Assembly (NCBI GenBank): GCA_020891255.1
Contig: BQFW01000008.1
Span: forward strand, 1-64,000
Source of the DNA: Entomortierella parvispora E1425
Lineage: Eukaryota; Fungi; Mortierellomycota
Length of the DNA: 64,000 nucleotides
Direction: 5' to 3'
This document shows, in pieces, positions 1 to 7,591 of the stretch. Each line of letters begins with the position of its first letter. Position 1 is the stretch's first letter. The translations under genes were made by a program, and so were the position numbers. The notes under the pieces were generated by a model. The model was not told where the DNA came from and made no database searches. It saw only the letters and a program-made list of their open reading frames with translations.

Positions 1-205
1 CCCCTACCCTAAAAAAAACCCTACCCTAAAAAAAACCCCTAAAACCCTAAAACCCTAAAACCCTAAAACCCTAAAAACCCTAAAAAACCCTAAAAAACCC
101 TAAAAACCCTAAAAAACCCTAAAAAACCCTAAAAAACCCTAAAAAAACCCTAAAAAACCCTAAAAAACCCTAAAAAACCCTAAAAAACCCTAAAAACCCT
201 AAAAA
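1..205 (+). repeat. Telomere (C-strand), heterogeneous CCCT(A)n; G-strand T(n)AGGG, modal T6AG3
   Basis: 22 tandem CCCT+A-run units starting at base 1. A-run lengths: 9 x A6, 4 x A5, 4 x A4, 1 x A7, 2 x A8, 2 x A1. Confidence 0.97.
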
Positions 206-1599
206 CCTTAATTTTAGGGTTTATTCCCTAAACTCGCGTATTTATACAGTTTAACGATTTCCTGGAGTGTCTGTGCATCGTTTGCGCTATTCAGACTGAC
301 CGTACGATGCGTTTTCTGTTTGTCCTAAAAAGGAAATATTCAATTTATTGGTGGCTTAGACTTCCTGGACTATTAGGTGTTCCCTTTGTTTACTTTTGCT
401 CCCGGGTTCGAATCCGGCTTCGGCCTCGCTTTTCTGAAGATATAAAAACAATGTGTTTTTTTTCCTTCGTAGAGATATGAGATACAGTGCATTAAAGAGC
501 TATCCTCATAAGTATTCCACCAAGCTAACAACATCGTCAATCCATAAGGTGGATCTTGAGCAATCGCATTTTTTAATCTCGTTTTTTATGAAAATCGAAC
601 GCTTCTTTCTTGACATCTACGGTGACGACCAAGCTGATTTTCATATGGGGAGGTGCCTATTCATCAGAGGTCTATATTCATAAAGAAAAATAGGCGAGTG
701 ACAAGGTGGTTGATGTGTAATTGCTGTTCTTATATTTCGATTTTTTTTTTGAAAAAAAATTCTCTCTTAAGATGGGGGAGTGAAGTGGTGACAGGAGCCG
801 AGAGCTAGCCACTTACGACAATTCGTAGCTGCATTTCATGAAGTACGAGAAGGAAAAAGAGCAAACTCGGCAGTTTTGGGTGAGAGAAACACTGTTGCGC
901 GCTTGAAAGGACAATCCACTAGCAACAGGAGACCGAGTGTGAACCGTACACATGCTTGCTCTCTCGAGACTTCAGCGAGGAACTTGCAGCTCTCTCAAAC
1001 AGTTTTTACTCTCCTCATCGTGCATGTAGACAAGAACATCAGCTCGTGCAGTTGTCACGTAGTTTTTTTTATTAAAAGTTGTACACGCTAGACAAAAGTA
1101 GGAACAAGATGGCAGAGACGAGGAACACATGAGACTGCGGTAACTTTGCCCTGGAACCGTCTCGTTCCTCGCTACTGCATGCTCTGCCTGAGGGCCAGAG
1201 AAATCTAGCAGTTGATGGTAGAGAGGACTTACCTGAGAAGTGCTCACCCCTGAATTAAGGACTTCATGTTTCCTGCATGCCTCCCGTTTCTCGCATGTCC
1301 ACTCTGGTTCATGGCTAGATTGAATGAGCTTTCTCAGTACGATTCGATGTAAAAGAAGTTGTTGAAGACAAAGGGAAGGAGTAGCGAGCAACGCCTGAGA
1401 AAGGAAGGAGAAAGCTAGAGGAAACGCCCAAGCTTGCGTCAACACGAAAAGAAGAGAGCGAAAACGAAGACAGGGGCACAAAAGACCCGCTGATGTTTGA
1501 TGTAAGAGTCGAGTTGGATGCATTGGGTCGGTTGAGACGGCGGCCGCAAAAGGTGAAAGATGTGAGCTCGATTCATGGGAGGAGAAGGATGCACGAGAT

Positions 1600-2037
1600 G
1601 AGATGCAACAGAGAAGAGAGATGCAGCAGAGAAGAGAGATGCAACAGAGAAGAGAGATGCAACAGAGAAGAGATGCAACAGAGAAGAGAGATGCAACAGA
1701 GAAGAGAGATGCAAGAGAGAAGAGAGATGCAGCAGAGAAGAGAGATGCAGCAGAGAAGAGAGATGCAACAGAGAAGAGATGCAACAGAGAAGAGAGATGC
1801 AACAGAGAAGAGAGATGCAAGAGAGAAGAGAGATGCAGCAGAGAAGAGAGATGCAGCAGAGAAGAGAGATGCAACAGAGAAGAGAGATGCAACAGAGAAG
1901 AGAGATGCAACAGAGAAGAGAGATGCAACAGAGAAGAGAGATGCAACAGAGAAGAGAGATGCAACAGAGAAGAGAGATGCAACAGAGAAGAGAGATGCAA
2001 CAGAGAAGAGAGATGCAACAGAGAAGAGAGATGCAAG
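1600..2037. repeat. 18-bp minisatellite GAGAAGAGAGATGCAACA, ~24 units
   Basis: Directly visible tandem array with CAGCA/CAAGA variants and two 16-bp units. Confidence 0.95.
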
Positions 2038-2274
2038 AGGACGAGAGATGCAAAAGAGGCGAAAGATCCAAAAAAGAAGACAGATGCTAGATACGGGAGG
2101 ACAGGGTAAGGATGCAAGAGTCGAGGAGAAAGTAAGGATGCAGGAATCGAGACGAGAGAGACAAGAGAGATGAGAGGAAAGGGATGCAAAAAACGAGACA
2201 AGAGAGAGAGGGATGCAGGAGACAAGAGAGAGGGATGCAAGAATTGTGGAATGCAGGAGACGAGAAGGTCGAAG

Positions 2275-2560
2275 GATGCAAGAGACAAGATGAATGCAAG
2301 AGACAAGGTGAATGCAAGAGACGAGATGGATGCAAGAGACGATGTGGATGCAAGAGGCGATGTGGATGCAAGGGACGACATGGATGCACGGGACGGGATG
2401 AATGCAAGGGACGAGATGGATGCAAGAGACGAGATGAATGCAAGGGACGAGATGGATGCAAGAGACGAGATGAATGCAAGGGACGAGATGGATGCAAGAG
2501 ACGAGATGAATGCAAGGGACGAGATGGATGCGCAAGAGACGAGATGAATGCGCGAGACGA
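2275..2560. repeat. 18-bp minisatellite GAGACGAGATG(G/A)ATGCAA, ~16 units
   Basis: Tandem array with alternating variants GAGACGAGATGAATGCAA / GGGACGAGATGGATGCAA. Confidence 0.92.
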
Positions 2561-2734
2561 TGCGCGAGTGATGGGTTGAGAGATGGCAAGAGAAGGGAGG
2601 GAGACAGACGGGAGAAAAGACAGAAGTTCACGGACGCTCCAACCAACAAACAACAACCGCCCGTTTCTCCCCCACAGGCTGCACTCGCCCCATCCTAAAG
2701 AACAGTGGTCTTGGGACGGAAGAGAACAGGAGGA

Positions 2735-3091
2735 AGAGAAGAGGAGGAACAGGCAAGAGAAGAAGAGGGCCAAGAGGCAAGAGAAGAGGAGGGACAAGAG
2801 GAAAGAGAAGAGGAGGGACAAGGGGAAAGAGAAGAGGAGGAACAAGAAAAAAGAGAAGAAGAGGGACAAGAGGCAAGAGAAGAAGAGGGACAAGAGGCAA
2901 GAGAAGAAGAGGGACAAGAGGCAAGAGAAGAGGAGGGACAAGAGGAAAGAGAAGAAGAGGGACAAGAGGCAAGAGAAGAGGAGGGACAAGAGGAAAGAGA
3001 AGAAGAGGGACAAGAGGCAAGAGAAGAAGAGGGACAAGAGGCAAGAGAAGAGGAGGGACAAGAGGAAAGAGAAGAGGAGGGACAAGAGGTA
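2735..3091. repeat. 24-bp minisatellite AGAGAAGAAGAGGGACAAGAGGCA, 15 units
   Basis: Reads as REEEGQEA x15 in ORF 2705..3250; the first unit is 21 bp. Confidence 0.95.
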
Positions 3092-4369
3092 AAGACAGGG
3101 CAAGAGCTCGGACAAGAGGAGCGAAGAGAAGGAAAAAGAAGAGACGGAAGGGGGACAATGACGGGAGTGATGGACACGGGCGTCCTCCTTCTGGCGGCCC
3201 GCCCGCAAGCGGATCCAGCGCGGATCCAGCGAGGATCCAACAACAGCTGAGACAAAAAAGGCAAGTTCAGGAACGATCAATCAGTCTCGTCCATGCGGAG
3301 GATCCCTGAGTTTTTGTTTTTTTTTTTTTTTTTTGGTTCATACTTTGAGTGGATAGGCGTGACCTGTGGGGATGCAGACAGGGTTGTCACAATCCCACAG
3401 AGGAAGAACAAGATGGGTAAGAGGGGACAGATCAAGCCGACATGTGCAAGAGAGAAGGAAAAAACAGGGAAGGAAGAAAAGAAACGATCAAGACCGACAA
3501 ACAAGAAGGAAGAGAAGAAAGGAAAGAAGGGAGAGAGAAGAAAGGAAAGAAGGGAGAGAGAAGAAGATAGAGACAGTTGAACGCAACAGATGAAAAAGCA
3601 ATGCAAGAGAGGGGAAGACCAGACAAGCTCTAGTGTAAAGGAGAAGACATCAGCGAAGGAAAATAAGAGAAAGACTGACGAAAAAGGAGGAAGAAAACAG
3701 AGGAGCAAGAAAGAAGAGAAGAGAGGGAAGAGAGGATAGGAACAAGAAGGAAGGGAAGGGAAGAGAAGAGACGGAAAAGAGAAGAGAGGGCAAGAGAAGA
3801 GAGGGCAAGAGAAGAGAGGGCAAGAGAGAGAGAAGAGGAGAGAGGGGGGGAAAACCGACAACAGCTGTGTTCTTGCAGGAACGATGATCCGTCCATGCGG
3901 GACAAGACAAACATAAAAAGCTTTTTTTTTTTTGCGCCAGCAGCCAAGTGCTCCTCCTCCTCCTTCTCCTCCTCCTCCTCCTCCCTGTTGGGTGGGCAAG
4001 TGTGCCGCACTGTGGGAATGCAGAAAGGGTTGTCTCAAGCACTCGAGATCATGAGCAGAGTATTTGTCAACGCGACAGTTTTTTTGCCCCGAATGCATCA
4101 CACGCTTGTCCCTGCTGGGGTGAGCTGATTTTGAGTCAAGCAGCGGTACTATAATCATCAAAGGGAGGGATGGAGGTACGTTCGGGTGTTCAGTAGCAGC
4201 CATTCAGTAGAGGGAACCTGCTGAAGGTGGATGAGCTGCTGAGGCCATGTCTGCCTTGCCACCTTGCCCTTTCGCGGGAAGAAGACTGCTCCACCAAATA
4301 ATGTGCCAGCATTGCTCCACCAAAGTGCCTTGTGGTATGATCCAAAAAAACTTCTGTCAAGCCGAGCCG

Positions 4370-4406
4370 CTGCATGTTGTTGCATGTTGTTGCATGTTGT
4401 TGCATC
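4370..4406. repeat. 9-bp tandem TTGCATGTT x~4
   Basis: gctgcatgttgttgcatgttgttgcatgttgttgcatc. Copy B has a shorter version near 9888-9914. Confidence 0.85.
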
Positions 4407-5146
4407 TTGACTTCATCCCAGTCCCTCCGTTCAAGTAAGGCGTGGGGTGGACTTTGTTACCGCTGTTCCAGTCGTCTCTCATGGTTGCTGGCTGTATCCC
4501 ATCCAGAAAGCCCACTGCATGCCGTGGCACTTCAATTCCATTCTGGAACCCTGCATCAAGTTGAACTGCTCGATCCCCCCCAACTTCGTTCCGGGACTGA
4601 GGGAGGGGGGAGTCTCTTACAACTCGCCCTCCTGTGGGTCTTGAGTCCAGGAGGCGAGTGGTGGCCCTTTTGCTACCAACCTCCTATTCTGCCAAGCTCT
4701 TTTGCATGTCGCTTCCTGTCAACAACCTGTTCCTGGGGTTGGCCTTGCACTGTTAATTGGGCCTGTTGCAGGCGTTTGATGTATCCGAGATGAACCCAAT
4801 GTTGAATCAGATAGAAGTCGAATAGAATAAAAGTCGATGCCAGTCGACATATTATTATTGAATGCGAGGCCGATTCCGGATCGAATCTCAAATCCCGAAT
4901 ATTTGAGGACAACTGCTGCTGTCGACTCAAGCTGCACGACGTGAAAGCCATAGTTTTGAATGTGCTAGAACCAATCTGTAGAAAAGACCGCTCTTGGGAA
5001 GCCATGCTACATGGTGTGAAAGCCATATTTTTACATGCCCTAGACGAAGGACCTGAGTATCACGTGCAGGAAATATTTACGGTGACGTAATTATTGCCTG
5101 TATTGTGCCTCATGGAACCCTTCATCCCTTCATTCAATATTGTTAG

Positions 5147-5216
5147 CAGCACCACTACCACCAGCACCACTAGCACCAGCACCACTAGCACCAGCACCAC
5201 TACCACCAGCACCAGC
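5147..5216. repeat. 15-bp tandem CCAGCACCACTA(G/C)CA, ~4.5 units, upstream of the CRN gene
   Basis: Directly visible ~55 bp upstream of the CRN ATG. Confidence 0.85.
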
Positions 5217-5271
5217 TCGAGCTAGGCTTCATTACCTGCTATATCCAAGCACCAAGATCAACAATAGCAAC

Positions 5272-6898
5272 ATGGACATCACCCTGTTCTGCCTTGTGGA
5301 TGAAGATGCAACTTCTCAAGCCTTCTCCATTGAGGTTAACCAAAACAAGACGGTGGATCACCTCAAGAACCTCATTAAAGCCAAGAAATCACCACGCTTC
5401 GATGCTTTCCCTGCAGATGAGCTCACTCTCTGGCGCGTGTCGATTTCAGTCGCTGATGATGTTGACGATGAACTCTCGGTGCTACTGAACAACATCACTG
5501 GCAAAAACAAAAGGAAGCTCAGCCCTGTGTGGCGACTGTCCAAGGCCTTTCCTGACGAGCCTGCAGAAGAGACAATTCACATCATCGTCCGGCACTCGGC
5601 TCGTCCACCAGGTAAAGATTAATGTTGGATGTGGCGACTGCGCCATCTCGAGAAATGTACTAATTATTATTATGCTTGTTTGATTCTATATTATTGTCGC
5701 GGTATAGATGACCTTACACCCGAGATTGCACTTTTGCGCAAACAAGTCTCTGACATGCATGATACATCAATCAGTAAGTAATTACATGGCAGCTTCTTTT
5801 TATTAGCATTTCTCGTTTACTCATATTTATTGTACCTCTTCTATGATAGGCATTGGAGTCATTGTCAAACCGGAGAAGAAGGTCGCTTTTACTTGGTCAA
5901 CAATTGTGGAGGATGCGACCCTGGACGAGTTGAGGCGCAAACTTGTTGTTCTCTATCCCCAGTATGCCAAGGACGACTACATAGAGCTGTTCTTCTACAG
6001 TGGTTTGTTGAAGCCTGAGACCATTAGCAGCGATGAAGACCTCCGCAGAATACTGAAGGTGGCGAAAACGACCTTCAAGAAGACAATTACGGTCGCCCTG
6101 GAAACTCCAACCAAGAGCTTTTCTTTGTGGACCTTTAAGGATGTTTGTGCTGAATACGACCTGTCTCAATCAGCGGATCCTAAGCTTAGTGTCATTCCGC
6201 CCTTTGAAGATATCAAGGCTGCTCCACTGGATTTCGAACTTGCGATGAAGATGCTTACACAGCTTCTGGAGGAGATCGAATCAAAACTTGGCGTCCTGAG
6301 CTTGCTTGGTGCCAACGAAGCTACAAAGTCTTTGATAACCAGCGCTTTCATGGTGAAAGCCACATACCTCTTCAAGGAAGATCTGCTTCTCTCTGCCGAA
6401 GAGAATCTTAGTGGTCGCAGAGGAAAAGGCCCGGTGGACTTTTCTGTGCATTCGCGGAAGAATGACACCTACGCTCTTGGCGTGACTGAAGTGAAGAAGG
6501 AGGATTTCAAGCAAGGTGTTGCTCAGAACATTGTGCAGCTGGAATCTGCATTGACTTCAAAGAAGCGGAAGCGCGATTTGAGCGATATCGAAGGAGAGGA
6601 AGTGCCGCAGAAGACGAGATCATATGGAATTGTGACAGATGCGGAAAAGTGGCTCTTCCTTGAATGCACTCTACATGAGGACGAAAGTGTGACATACAGG
6701 ATGAGTGAGCTTGAAAAAGATATCAAATTTGCTGGCGCGGACTGGAAGCAGGAAGCAGAATTTGTCTTTGCAAGACTTGTATGGCTATGGTCACGGATGG
6801 TGGAGGAGATTCCGGCACGGGATAGATATGCAAGAAAATCGGTCTCATCGCCAAGCAGCAAGAGGATAGCTACGAATATGTTGGTTGAATTAAGTTGA
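5272..6898 (+). CDS. CRN: Crinkler (CRN) family protein: ubiquitin-like header plus PD-(D/E)XK restriction-endonuclease-fold domain; join(5272..5611,5708..5773,5850..6898), 484 aa
   Basis: Header MDITLFCLVD...VDHLKNLIK...ELTLWRVSI...HIIVR. Two GT-AG introns restore the frame (exon 2 DDLTPEIALLRKQVSDMHDTSI). C-terminal GPVDF...TEVKKEDFKQGVAQNIVQL nuclease motif and KKRKR NLS-like patch. Confidence 0.9.
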
Positions 6899-7591
6899 TG
6901 TTGTTTCAAGACTACTGTTGCTGTTGGTAGGAAAGCACAATCCCTTGAAGCCTCCCTCAACCACCTTTAGCCACCTTCAGCCACTCAGTAAGGCACCATT
7001 AGCACTTCTAATACAAATTCCTCTTACTGTACTGTACTATATCTATATCCCTCCTCTAACCTTTCACAGAGACATACCTTTGCCCAATCTCGTCGTCATC
7101 TTCAAATCAAACTCTCATATACATCTCGTCCTGGAGCTCTGAAGGCCCGCTTGCTAGTTAACGGGAATAGGCTACGCGTTGTGCACTGGCTCCTTCTTAG
7201 CGGCCCCTGTGTCAGTTCGCGGCAGGAAGGCGGAAGGTGGAGTGTGTTGTGCTGTGTCCACCGACTTCGGTGATCATGACTTATCGACCCGCTGTTGTAA
7301 CTGGTTATTTCTCGGCGGATCCTGTATCAGTTCGCGGAAAGTGGAGTTGGGGGAGATGATGGGTTATAAATGCGTGGCTGATTGGACGTTTAAATCTTTG
7401 AGTCAAACATCAAGTCTTTGTAGCTCTCAACGTTCTTCGGATGAATCCTCTGTTCATCAGGGGTCGCATAGAATCGCCTCTGTATCGATTCAAGAAAGTC
7501 GAGTCGAATTCGAACGCGTCTTATATTTGATTCGACTCGCCCGCTGGAAATCCGTGCTCGCCTGAGACGTGCGCGTCTGGATTACTCTCAA

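Larger units (their letters stand above)
1268..5043. repeat. Subtelomeric composite repeat element, copy A
   Basis: Colinear with 7592-10540 from GTTTCCTGCATGC (1268 vs 7592) to GTGCTAGA(A/G)CCAATCTGTAGAAAAGACCGCT. The core is near-identical at an offset of ~5473 bp. Ends are approximate. Confidence 0.9.

Noticed and set aside
345-428. tRNA gene
   Set aside because: The B-box is present, but no acceptor stem pairs and T-runs precede the B-box. Kept only as an isolated B-box.
453-1091. Small ORFs next to the telomere
   Set aside because: Short, no motifs, within random expectation.
972-4203. Long ORFs of 200-470 aa in several frames (e.g. 972..2381, 1573..2649, 2087..3280, 3277..4203)
   Set aside because: These are shadow ORFs of purine/pyrimidine-skewed minisatellites that lack stop codons by composition. 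All frames are open and there is no domain signal.
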